This document shows, in pieces, positions 1 through 9,036 of a stretch of 64,000 bases of DNA. Under the pieces are notes generated by a model, which saw only the letters and a list, made by a program, of their open reading frames with translations, did not search any database and was not told the origin of the DNA. Source of the stretch: Alphaproteobacteria bacterium. Its GTDB lineage: Bacteria; Pseudomonadota; Alphaproteobacteria; UBA8366; GCA-2717185. The translations under genes and the position numbers were made by a program. The first letter of the stretch is position 1. Each line of letters begins with the position of its first letter. The DNA lies in assembly GCA_028822585.1 (NCBI GenBank), contig JAPKDL010000004.1, positions 3,161 to 67,160 of the forward strand, read 5' to 3'.

Positions 1-921
1 GCCAAGGCGGCGGCGCGAATGGGCGTAATTTGTACCGCCGCTACTAGCTCTCTCACGCCGATGGAGGAAATTTACAACGCGGGTGAAGGCAATATTTGGT
101 TCCAACTTTACATGTGGACCGACAAAGATCTGACAAAAGCATTTGTGGAACGCATCAAGGCCGCGGGTTTTAAAACCATGCTAATCACGGTTGACGGATC
201 CGTGGGTGCCAATCGAGAGCACAACTATCGCAATGGCTTTTCCATGCCATTGAAATACTCGCCACGACTGATCGCCCAGGTCCTGGCCAACCCGGGTTGG
301 TGCGCGCGCGTATTGGCCCCGCAATTCCTGAAACGTGGTGCCTTTCGTAAAGTAAACTATCCAACCGAACTGGCGAACAAGCTAACACAAGCCGAAATTG
401 AGCACGAATATACTAAACCTGACAGCCAAAATTGGGACGACATCAAACGCATCCGCGACATCTGGCCAGGCAATCTTGTGGTCAAAGGACTTCAGAGTTC
501 TGAAGACACGGTCATTGCAGCCGATAATGGCTTGCAGGGCGTGGTACTCTCCAATCATGGCGGTCGTTATCTGGATACGGCGCCAGCACCCCTGCAACTT
601 ATCCCTGAAGTTCGCGCTGCCGTGGGTGATCGTCTTAAAATTATTATTGACAGCGGTGCCCGACGCGGCTCCGACATTGTAAAAGCGATGGCTCTAGGTG
701 CGGATATGGTTATGTCAGGACGACCCACCCTCTTCGGATCTGCCGTCGCTGGTGAAGCCGGATCCTATCGCGCGTTGGAAATTTTTCAAACTGAAATGGA
801 CCGGGTAATGGCGCAAACTGGTCTCAACAGCGTTGATGAAATCACCTCCCAAATATTGTGGAATCCACCGACTTGGGCCCATGGGGAAAGTGAATTTAAG
901 GGAGAACAGTTTACAGATTGA
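1..921 (+). CDS. FMN-dependent alpha-hydroxy-acid dehydrogenase/oxidase (LldD / glycolate oxidase family), 5' end outside window
   Basis: Frame open from nt 1 (AKAAARMGVICT..); motifs NIWFQLY, LVVKGL, VLSNHGGR, DSGARRGSDIVKAMALGA; stop 919-921. Confidence 0.9.
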   Translation, partial: AKAAARMGVICTAATSSLTPMEEIYNAGEGNIWFQLYMWTDKDLTKAFVERIKAAGFKTMLITVDGSVGANREHNYRNGFSMPLKYSPRLIAQVLANPGWCARVLAPQFLKRGAFRKVNYPTELANKLTQAEIEHEYTKPDSQNWDDIKRIRDIWPGNLVVKGLQSSEDTVIAADNGLQGVVLSNHGGRYLDTAPAPLQLIPEVRAAVGDRLKIIIDSGARRGSDIVKAMALGADMVMSGRPTLFGSAVAGEAGSYRALEIFQTEMDRVMAQTGLNSVDEITSQILWNPPTWAHGESEFKGEQFTD

Positions 922-978
922 TGCCGTTTAAATCGTACAATTTATCTTTCAGCAAACAAATTACCCCTGCTATTACAA

Positions 979-2064
979 TTATACTGGTTCCAAAGGCGCG
1001 TTTAGGATCTCGCCCGGGACGATGATGCCGCCACGATCGCCAATGTCCACCTTACCGTAGCGCTGCGTGTAAACTTGCGGAAGCGGCCGAGCCTTTGGAG
1101 CTGCAAGCCAGAGGCGCAACAGATGTCGCTTGCGGTCGACTTCGGGCCAATCCACATAGGAGGTCCTATCATGTAACATGGTATGATTGTGGACCCACTG
1201 TATGTCGCCGGGCTGGAATTCCATTTGCATGTTTATATTCGAGTCTTCCGCCAGGAAATCAAACAAATCTAACGCTTCAATTTGAATCGGGCTTAAGGCT
1301 GGCAATGCGGAAAACCGGCGTGCGGATTCGATATAACGTCGCGCATAGATCGCTGATAAGTAGCCTTCGTGCCAATTGTAAACGGGAATTTCATGCCACG
1401 GTTTTTCGCCTTCTGGAATTTCTCCTCGTCGGTCGGTGCCCATGGACTCGAACAAATAAGGCAGCAAGTCAGGGCGCCGTTCATGCATTTCTTTATAAAT
1501 AGTCATTGAACTTACAAGGGCTGACAATCCGCCTGATTGAGCAGTTTTCAGACAAAGCAAAGCGACTATATCACAAGAATCTGTATGATACGTTTGGCGT
1601 TCCCGGGTTTGATAAATTCGTGCAGTGGGGTCGTTTTCTGCGTCACGGCCCAAATCTCTCACATGCCCCAACACATGGCCTTTGCCGTTTTGTGAACGCG
1701 CATTGCCAAGGTGACACCCAATGCCGAAATAGGCGGTTGCCGACTCGCGTATCGACCAGCGCTCGACCGGTAATCCACGTAACAAGGTGAAACCCCGCCC
1801 ATTGAGAATATCGGCGCTCATACGGTTCAACTTGGAACTCAGATTTGGCAGAGGAAAGTCCGCCTGTGTCATTTTCGCGATATCTGTTTTCGCTTCCGCC
1901 AAGGGCCTCATGGCGTCTTCAATCTCCACCACTTCATCGGGCGTAAGCTCATACAGCCATTCATCCCGCGACGTCATTTCCTTGCCATACCACACTGACG
2001 CGTCATCTCGTGGAACCGGCAGGTCTGTAACATTTGGAATCTTGGCGACACTTTCGATCATCAA
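979..2064 (-). CDS. TauD/TfdA-family Fe(II)/2-oxoglutarate dioxygenase, long (~360 aa) form
   Basis: 361-aa ORF; SD GAGGAG 8 nt before ATG; HxD (YHTDSCD), distal His (NHTMLHDR), C-terminal KRHLLRLWL; paralogue of 12133-13209. Confidence 0.8.
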   Translation of the reverse strand: MMIESVAKIPNVTDLPVPRDDASVWYGKEMTSRDEWLYELTPDEVVEIEDAMRPLAEAKTDIAKMTQADFPLPNLSSKLNRMSADILNGRGFTLLRGLPVERWSIRESATAYFGIGCHLGNARSQNGKGHVLGHVRDLGRDAENDPTARIYQTRERQTYHTDSCDIVALLCLKTAQSGGLSALVSSMTIYKEMHERRPDLLPYLFESMGTDRRGEIPEGEKPWHEIPVYNWHEGYLSAIYARRYIESARRFSALPALSPIQIEALDLFDFLAEDSNINMQMEFQPGDIQWVHNHTMLHDRTSYVDWPEVDRKRHLLRLWLAAPKARPLPQVYTQRYGKVDIGDRGGIIVPGEILNAPLEPV

Positions 2065-2138
2065 GCTAACTCCTCGTATGGATTAATGGGGCGAGATTAC
2101 ACCGTTGTTCGGGCCTCATATGCCAATTTCAGCTAATT

Positions 2139-4475
2139 TCACCTAAACGCGTAAATTGGACTGCTCCAAGCCTGAAAGCCGTCTTCGGTCGTGACGCACA
2201 CCCAGATTGGATTATCACCACTGGCCTTCAACGGAATTTCCAAAGTCGTTGATAAGGATAGTTTTGAGATCTCTTCCGGCAAACGGAACGCACGAATTTG
2301 CCGTTCCAATCCACCCGCTTCCAAAATATGGTCCTCAACCGCAATATCCGCCAAGGGTACGCGTAACGTCCCATGGTTTGTCGCTATGTCTAAGTCTCCG
2401 GGTGCCCGGGGAGTGATCCAGGCGTCAAAGCCGCCAAAATTACCGGTAGTGATGGCGTCGAAGATAACCGTGTCAGCCCCCTGCACTTCTAGCTGGCGTT
2501 CGTGGTTCCAAGCGTTGATTTTTGACATCCTATGGACGACCGCATTCCCAAATTTAGCGCGACCGACCCAACTAGTTTCACGTCCGCGTCCGCGATATTC
2601 GGCGCCACTCCAGATAACGCGGATCCGTTCACCCAAATCTTGAGCCTCATAACCGCGCACAGTTTTTAATACTTCTGAACCGTTACGAATTTCAACACGT
2701 TCGATGGGTGCCTGCGCCGCAATTTCAACGTTCAGTGTCAGGGTCTTCCCGTCAGTTTGGACGATGTCACCCATCATAACCTCGTTTACTGCCTGTGACG
2801 ATGCGTCGTCAAAGGCGTTAGGGTCGCGGTCAAACAATTGCCCACCCGACGGCAACGTTGCACGCACATCCAAATGCAACCGCGTGCCGGTAGTGCCATA
2901 ATGGTGACGCTTGCGTAGGCAGTCAAAAATACCATCTCGTGTAAGTTCTTTTGCGTAGAAGCACGTTAGTCCGCCATAGGCGCCAAACATTGAAACGCCA
3001 GGGTAACTGGCACCTGGGCGGCCCTTGTGTCCGTCGCTGTTACACACCACGCCGCTCCGATGACCAAGCGGAAAGCCATCAGTCAACAGCCACTCGAATG
3101 TTCCCCAGGCGGAGTGGATCTCCATCGCGCTTTCAAGTTTTAGATCATGGGCGTATTTAATATCCGCATAACGCCCGCCTACATGAGCGAAGATGACGCA
3201 ATCCTCATCTTTCAACGCGTCGAACAGTAGATTGGCGTTAGGCGCGTCGGTGTCCAAGTCATGGCGTTCCGGCAGCAAAGCGTGAGACGAACGATGAATT
3301 TGCCGTCCCTCGGTGCGGAAAAACACATTACGGTCACCGCCGACAGCAGTGTTACCCGACCACTCATAGCCTGGAAAAGTCACGAACCGGCCATCCTGCT
3401 GATGATACGCCGTCAATTCATTAAGGAACGACCAGAACGCGTTATTAACCTGAAAATCGTTTGCCTGATGACTAGTGAGATCGAGGAACGCTTTGTTCCG
3501 GGCAAAATCGAAATACGACTTCGACGTGCCAATACCTATCGACTCACCGCTTTGCCCGTGTAAGTCCCCCCAATACCCGCTGTATTCGCCATCACGAATC
3601 ATCATTGGGTGAGATGTGGCAACAACTACGCCACTGCCTTCGTCGCGAACCGTAATACGAAGTTCGCCTGTTTGGTTGACGGTCAAGCCTTCGAACGTAA
3701 CCGCGCGTTCACCCAGTGGATACTCATAGCGATCCGGCAGATTTTTAACAGGAATTGTGGTTTCAAATATGAACTTTCCTGACGCGTGTTGGGTGGGATT
3801 GCCCCATGAATCTTCCGCCTTTAAACCGAACTGGAACGTTTCACCGGGCCGCCGCAGGCTGGAAAGAACTGCGCGCCACACATCCGGTTCGCCGGGTACA
3901 ATTGAAATGCTAGGCGTATTAGGAATCGGCGTAAACTGACCAACCGCACACACATCTGCCAACACCTTGAATTCGAACCCGGCTTCAACAAACGTCTGCA
4001 TTCGCATGCCGGGCGAACCGCCGCTGGTGTCGCCAAACACTATGGTAATGGTGTCGCCCTCACTGAGATACCCGCCAGAAACGCTGATACTAAGCGCCTT
4101 CCAGCGTGGTCGAGCGCTGACGCCGCGACGACTGTAGCTCACCGTCAAAGTGGCTCCATTACTGGCAACTGCGGTGACATAATTTTCTGCTTTGGGATTG
4201 GCGGTTTGTAGCGCACCCGAGTCACCCATGGCGCGAAACACGACCCGGATAGAGCCGGTGTCATCCAAACCAAATCGTCCTACCGTATAGGTTAGTGTGA
4301 AAGTCTGCAGACTGCGCACTTCAAACGCGCCCCTGGGGTTCATATCCACATGTCCATACAAAACCGGATCTGCCCCTGGCTGCACTGCAGGCCACCCCTC
4401 GCCCACCAATCGAGAATCGACAAGCGTTTCCGGAGCGTTTTCGATGGTGTTCGACGTCGGAGTTGTATCGGGCAT
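2139..4475 (-). CDS. Large uncharacterised protein, DUF3604-like (PHP-type metal-hydrolase fold suspected)
   Basis: 778-aa ORF with SD AAGGA; YWGDLHGQSGES and FPGYEWSGNTAVGGDRNVFF resemble DUF3604 core motifs as I recall them; ~300-aa beta-rich N-terminal part not assignable. Confidence 0.55.
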   Translation of the reverse strand: MPDTTPTSNTIENAPETLVDSRLVGEGWPAVQPGADPVLYGHVDMNPRGAFEVRSLQTFTLTYTVGRFGLDDTGSIRVVFRAMGDSGALQTANPKAENYVTAVASNGATLTVSYSRRGVSARPRWKALSISVSGGYLSEGDTITIVFGDTSGGSPGMRMQTFVEAGFEFKVLADVCAVGQFTPIPNTPSISIVPGEPDVWRAVLSSLRRPGETFQFGLKAEDSWGNPTQHASGKFIFETTIPVKNLPDRYEYPLGERAVTFEGLTVNQTGELRITVRDEGSGVVVATSHPMMIRDGEYSGYWGDLHGQSGESIGIGTSKSYFDFARNKAFLDLTSHQANDFQVNNAFWSFLNELTAYHQQDGRFVTFPGYEWSGNTAVGGDRNVFFRTEGRQIHRSSHALLPERHDLDTDAPNANLLFDALKDEDCVIFAHVGGRYADIKYAHDLKLESAMEIHSAWGTFEWLLTDGFPLGHRSGVVCNSDGHKGRPGASYPGVSMFGAYGGLTCFYAKELTRDGIFDCLRKRHHYGTTGTRLHLDVRATLPSGGQLFDRDPNAFDDASSQAVNEVMMGDIVQTDGKTLTLNVEIAAQAPIERVEIRNGSEVLKTVRGYEAQDLGERIRVIWSGAEYRGRGRETSWVGRAKFGNAVVHRMSKINAWNHERQLEVQGADTVIFDAITTGNFGGFDAWITPRAPGDLDIATNHGTLRVPLADIAVEDHILEAGGLERQIRAFRLPEEISKLSLSTTLEIPLKASGDNPIWVCVTTEDGFQAWSSPIYAFR

Positions 4476-4808
4476 AACGGTATTCCTTGAGGTGTGATCT
4501 CGTCTTTAGGTTTTGCCATACTGGCCTAGCCAGAGACAACCGAAATCATGCTTTCAGTCCTGGCGTTTGGTGAAATGTCACCCATCGATAAATCCTTATA
4601 CAAATTTTACACGAGCGAAATACCCGCCGACCAGGGTATCCATAATATAGCCAAAGCGATCAGCGCCCCTGTGGAAAAAACTCCAGCGATTGCGTAAAAC
4701 TTAAATTGCTAAATTAGGCGGCCGGATATTACTGATTTAACCTCCAAATTATTTATGTGACGGCGCGACCGGTAGCGAAGCCGTCGCCCTATTCCTTCCC
4801 AACTTTTG

Positions 4809-4852
4809 AAAAAAAACGGCAGACCCCGCTTGCGCCGACATTTTGTCGGGGT
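4809..4852 (-). terminator. Putative intrinsic terminator read on the minus strand
   Basis: GC-rich hairpins (ACCCCG/CGGGGT 4823-4828/4847-4852; inner CCGACA/TGTCGG 4835-4849; CGGC/GCCG next to the run) followed on the minus strand by U8 (A8 at 4809-4816 on plus). Confidence 0.35.
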
Positions 4853-5099
4853 TGTGGGACGGCACAGCGTCAAATGGTGCACCAACGAATTGGCCTCCAT
4901 TCAAGCGCACGCACTTGTGGATCAAGGGGTACAACACCAACGCGCCCGCTGAACAAACTTCCGCGACATGAACGCGGAATGCGAAGCCTACTTGTATGAG
5001 GGAATTGCGAACCAGGATTTAGGTCCCGACAAAAGATCGCTTGATACGATCGCATTCCAAACAATGATGGAGGAGGATTTTACTCCGAATTCAAAAGAT

Positions 5100-5133
5100 T
5101 TATGCAAAAACACCAACCCGGCAACATGGTGTT
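5100..5133 (-). terminator. Putative intrinsic terminator read on the minus strand
   Basis: 7-bp stem 5109-5115/5127-5133 (AACACCA/TGGTGTT), 11-nt loop, then UUUU on the minus strand. Confidence 0.3.
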
Positions 5134-5761
5134 ATGGGACATTTTCAATCCTAACATGATAAAATTCTGGGTATTCTCAGATCCCATCTCGACGACCCAA
5201 GTCTCAAGGGTGTCACAAACAAAGTGATTGTCGGGATAAGACCTCTCATTCGAGAGCGCCGCAAAGTAGCGGTTAAAGACGCAACGCGAAGGGAATTATA
5301 TTAATACGCTTCTCAACGTAGAGGCGCCGCCGTTAGGGTCTCGCAAGATGCGTTCGAAGCACTCCGGTATTTTATATTAGCCACCATACGTGGATACACC
5401 CCCCCCTCCCGCAATTCAGGCGCGGTTGGATTTATACAAATGGAACCGGCGTTCAGAAAAATTAGGTTAAAGCTTATATGTGGTATTCACTGGCAGCGGC
5501 ATAAGGGCGCAATAGCCTTGCCGCTATTTCAAAAATAAATGAAGCCCGCCGAAATCCCCAAAGGCAATTTTGAGGGTCGAAAAACGCCGAAAAAATGATC
5601 AGCCCATCAACAATTTTGTCTGTCCTTGAATTAAATTTTAGCCTTGAACCGAGCACCATTTGTTACAACTCCTTTTAGTTGACTTCGGATCCTCGGAACT
5701 GTCTAATTACGTGTGGAATGGGGGTGGTTTAACGCCCCCTACATATTAACGGGAGGTCATC

Positions 5762-6796
5762 ATGAAACGTTTTCTAGTTGGCGCAATAGCGGTGGCGGCA
5801 ATATCCGTTGCAGGTGCGGCGCATTCAGCAACAGTTATCAAAATTCAAACCGCAAACGCAGCGGGCAGCTTTTCACTGAGTTACCTTAACGAGCACTGGG
5901 TGCCGAAACTTGAAGCCATGACCTATGGCAACATCAAAATCGACATTCGCCCCAGCAAGTCAATTGTTCCTCACCGGGAAACGCCGCAAGCTGTGGCCGC
6001 CGGCATTCTGCAAGGCGATTTGAACGCGGTTGCGTATTTCGCGGGTCGCGACCCTGTCTTCGGCATCATGGGTGACTTGATAGCCGGTTACGATACGCCA
6101 GCGCAGAAACAAATGTTCTTCCGCTTTGGCGGCGGTGTTGAAATTCTGCAAAAAGCCTGGGAAAAACATTATCCTGGCAAGATGCATGTTGTTGGCGCGG
6201 GCCCCTTCGCGAAGGAAGCATTTGTTGCCTCGACGCCAATTCGGACTGTCGCTGACTTCAAAGGCGTGAAATTGCGCTCCCCCGAGGGCATGGCCGCTGA
6301 AGTGTTCCGCCGTATTGGCGCTGCGCCCACGTCTATTCCATTCCCCGAATTGTATACCGCGCTTGAAAAAGGTGTAGTGGATGCGGCTGATGCCAGTTCC
6401 TATACAAACAACACGGCGCTCGGCTTCAACAAGATTGCCAAATACCCGATTTATCCGGGCATTCACTCCATGGCGGTCCTTCAATTCGTCATCAACCAAG
6501 CCGTCTGGGACAAAATCGGCCCGAACGGTCAAGCCGCGTTGGAGACCTGGTACTACGCCGCGTGGACGGACATGACCCGCGCCACCGACATTCAGGACCG
6601 TAAACTTGTCGCCGCCGACCGGGCTGGCACCGGCACGCCGGGCATCACGATCATAGACTGGTCGCAGGAAGAGCGCGACAAATTGCGCACAATCGCGCAA
6701 GGCGCTTGGGCGGACATAGGCAAGCAAGGAAAACTTGCTCAAGAAGCTGTTGATGCACACATCAAGTTCATGAAAATGATGGGGCTGCTTGAATAG
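5762..6796 (+). CDS. TRAP transporter substrate-binding protein (DctP family)
   Basis: 344 aa; signal peptide MKRFLVGAIAVAAISVAGAAHSA; SD GGAGG 7 nt upstream; followed by DctQ/DctM-type permeases. Confidence 0.9.
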   Translation: MKRFLVGAIAVAAISVAGAAHSATVIKIQTANAAGSFSLSYLNEHWVPKLEAMTYGNIKIDIRPSKSIVPHRETPQAVAAGILQGDLNAVAYFAGRDPVFGIMGDLIAGYDTPAQKQMFFRFGGGVEILQKAWEKHYPGKMHVVGAGPFAKEAFVASTPIRTVADFKGVKLRSPEGMAAEVFRRIGAAPTSIPFPELYTALEKGVVDAADASSYTNNTALGFNKIAKYPIYPGIHSMAVLQFVINQAVWDKIGPNGQAALETWYYAAWTDMTRATDIQDRKLVAADRAGTGTPGITIIDWSQEERDKLRTIAQGAWADIGKQGKLAQEAVDAHIKFMKMMGLLE

Positions 6797-6830
6797 ACAG
6801 GCGCGCAATATTAATAACGAACAAGATCTA

Positions 6831-6868
6831 GCCGTGGTGGGTTATCCCCCGCCACGGCGCTTCTTTTT
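6831..6868 (+). terminator. Intra-operon terminator/attenuator hairpin between the TRAP binding-protein and permease genes
   Basis: 11-bp stem GCCGTGGTGGG/CCCGCCACGGC (one G-U), 6-nt loop, then GC TTCTTTTT. Confidence 0.6.
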
Positions 6869-6919
6869 CGGGGCAGGCGTATTTTGTCTGCACCGTATTT
6901 TTCTTCCGGAGCTCACGCC

Positions 6920-7438
6920 ATGAACGCACTGCTTCACGCTGTCGACAGGGTCAACCAGTTTGTTGGCCTGTCTGTCTGCCACCTTTACATGATTTGCGCG
7001 ACCGTCACGGTTTACGAAGTCGCAATGCGTTACTTTTTCAACTCGCCCACGCAATGGGCGTTTGAAGTGGTGATGGTTGTGTGCGCTTCCGCCTGGGCTC
7101 TATCCGGCTCTTACATAACAATGCGCCGCTCGCACATCGCAATCACCGTAGTGTACGAACATGTGCAAGGGCGCGCAAAATTTTGGCTTGATTTTATCAT
7201 TCTGCTCGTCAGCATCGCGGCCATGTTCACTTTCGTTTATGCGCTCTATGACCCCATGGTTCATGCGGTCAGTAGCCTGGAACGCAGTGGGACATCCTTT
7301 AATTCACCTGAACCCTTGATCCTCAAGACGCTCCTCTTCGTTGGCGCGCTTCTGTATGGCATACAACTCATCGTCAATCTGCTCAAACATGTGACCGGAC
7401 ACGGCGTGGACAAATCGTCCGAGCTTCCAGGGGGCTGA
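6920..7438 (+). CDS. TRAP transporter small permease (DctQ family)
   Basis: Four hydrophobic segments; ATG at 6920 has GGAG 9 nt upstream (ORF track starts at a TTG at 6884 with no SD). Confidence 0.8.
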   Translation: MNALLHAVDRVNQFVGLSVCHLYMICATVTVYEVAMRYFFNSPTQWAFEVVMVVCASAWALSGSYITMRRSHIAITVVYEHVQGRAKFWLDFIILLVSIAAMFTFVYALYDPMVHAVSSLERSGTSFNSPEPLILKTLLFVGALLYGIQLIVNLLKHVTGHGVDKSSELPGG

Positions 7439-7442
7439 ATAA

Positions 7443-8762
7443 ATGTACGATATTCAAACGACGACCTTCCTCATTGTTGGGTCGATGATATTCTTAATGA
7501 TGGTCGGCATTCCGCTGGGCATTGTGACGCTAACGGTGTCGATAGCCACTGCAATTGCGTATTTTGGCCTCCCCGGACTATTCCTGGTCTCCAGTAACGC
7601 CCAAGGCTTGCTGGAAGCCTATCCGTTGGTAGCGGTGCCGCTGTTCGTTCTGATGGCTAACATTTTGGAAAAATCCGGCGTCGCGGAAGATTTATTCGAC
7701 GCCATGTCCATTATCGCCGGGCGATTGCGCGGCGGCGTTGCCGTGCAAACAACCCTCGTGGCTGTTTTAATGGCCGCGATGACCGGCATCATGGGCGGCG
7801 AAATTGTCATGCTAGGCCTTATCGCGCTGCCACAAATGCTGCGTCTTGGTTATGATAAAAAGCTGGCCATGGGTACAATCTGCGCCGGTGGCTCGCTGGC
7901 GACCCTGATTCCCCCGTCGGTGATCATGATCATCTACGGCCTGACGGCGAACGTGTCGATTTCGGATCTGTTCCTCGGCGGCTTCCTGCCTGGGTTCTTA
8001 TTGGCCAGTCTCTACATCAGTTACATCATGATTCGATGCCAAATTCAGCCACATCTAGCGCCGATCCCTGAGGAAGGCTTCAACAAAATGAGCAGCGCGG
8101 AACGCGCCGCCAAATTAAAGGGCCTCATCCTTCCCATGCTGCTGGTTTTATGGGTGCTCGGCAGTATTTATGGCGGCATAGCCACCGTCACTGAAGCCGC
8201 TGCCGTAGGCGTGTTTGGTGCGATCCTCGCCTCTACCGTTCGTGGCAAAATGACCTGGGACATGTTGCAGGATGCCCTGCGCCGAACCATGGTCACCGTT
8301 GGTACGATCATCTGGCTGGTGCTGGGCGCGGTCAGTTTCGTTGGTATCTACAACGTCATTGGTGGGAATGAGTTCGTACAAGGCCTGTTGGAAGGTCTCG
8401 ACTTACCGCCGCTCGGCGTCATCTTCGTGATCATGGGCATCCTGGTGGTGCTGGGCACGTTCATGGAATGGATTGCCATCGCCTACATAACTGTGCCTAT
8501 CTTCGCCCCAGTGGTCGTCAAATTGGGATTTGATCCGATCTGGTTCGGCATCCTGTTTGTGATGAACATCCAGATATATTTCCTGTCCCCACCCTTTGGT
8601 CCCGCCTGTTTCTGGCTTAAAAGCGTGGCGCCACCGGAAATCACGTTGCAGGATATTTTCCTGGCGGTGCTGCCATTTATTGGATTGCAGTTGATCGGGC
8701 TGACCTTGGTGATCATCTTCCCCGAAATTGTCATGTTCCTTCCGAACCTGATGAGCGGCTAA
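7443..8762 (+). CDS. TRAP transporter large permease (DctM family)
   Basis: 439-aa polytopic membrane protein, starts 4 nt after the DctQ stop. Confidence 0.92.
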   Translation: MYDIQTTTFLIVGSMIFLMMVGIPLGIVTLTVSIATAIAYFGLPGLFLVSSNAQGLLEAYPLVAVPLFVLMANILEKSGVAEDLFDAMSIIAGRLRGGVAVQTTLVAVLMAAMTGIMGGEIVMLGLIALPQMLRLGYDKKLAMGTICAGGSLATLIPPSVIMIIYGLTANVSISDLFLGGFLPGFLLASLYISYIMIRCQIQPHLAPIPEEGFNKMSSAERAAKLKGLILPMLLVLWVLGSIYGGIATVTEAAAVGVFGAILASTVRGKMTWDMLQDALRRTMVTVGTIIWLVLGAVSFVGIYNVIGGNEFVQGLLEGLDLPPLGVIFVIMGILVVLGTFMEWIAIAYITVPIFAPVVVKLGFDPIWFGILFVMNIQIYFLSPPFGPACFWLKSVAPPEITLQDIFLAVLPFIGLQLIGLTLVIIFPEIVMFLPNLMSG

Positions 8763-8786
8763 GGCCCAAGGAATCATAACAAAAAA

Positions 8787-8819
8787 CACCCCCAAATCCT
8801 TCGATGCGGGGGTGTTTTA
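8787..8819 (+). terminator. Rho-independent terminator of the TRAP operon
   Basis: ACACCCCC (8787-8794) / GGGGGTGT (8809-8816), 14-nt loop, then TTT. Confidence 0.7.
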
Positions 8820-8841
8820 ATGTTAGGGTCTCGAAACCAAT

Positions 8842-8976
8842 TTAGTTCAGTTGCGTCGCCGGTAGAGACCATTGGAACATGATAAATACAATCACCGCGG
8901 CCAGGCCGTAACCGCCGAGCGTCGTCCAGATATTCATATTATCCGGCATTGGGTCGTTGGGATCTTCTGCTTGCAT
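8842..8976 (-). CDS. Possible 44-aa single-pass membrane peptide (below ORF-track cutoff)
   Basis: MQAEDPNDPMPDNMNIWTTLGGYGLAAVIVFIMFQWSLPATQLN; GGAG 8 nt upstream of ATG; lies just downstream of the aldo/keto reductase on the same strand. Confidence 0.3.
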   Translation of the reverse strand: MQAEDPNDPMPDNMNIWTTLGGYGLAAVIVFIMFQWSLPATQLN

Positions 8977-9036
8977 CGTTTCTACTCCAATATCTGTACA
9001 GATTATCGGCCCGTTGACGACCTAAATCAACACTAA

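Noticed and set aside
4549-4698. 49-aa plus-strand ORF (MLSVLAFGEMSPIDKSLYKFY..) next to the DUF3604-like gene start
   Set aside because: It has no SD and no recognisable family, and it sits in a region full of short random frames.
5399-5406. C8 homopolymer as a phase-variation switch
   Set aside because: It is not within a coding frame or a recognisable promoter spacer, and a single tract is insufficient evidence.
5960-6808. 282-aa ORF antisense to the TRAP binding-protein gene. Similar long antisense ORFs occur at 21931-22647, 12075-12497, 35520-35966, 44318-44836, 52191-52823 and 58809-59354.
   Set aside because: Each lies fully opposite a gene with clear family motifs. They are Arg/Pro/Ser/Ala-rich with low complexity and lack an SD. 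These are typical shadow frames of GC-rich coding DNA.
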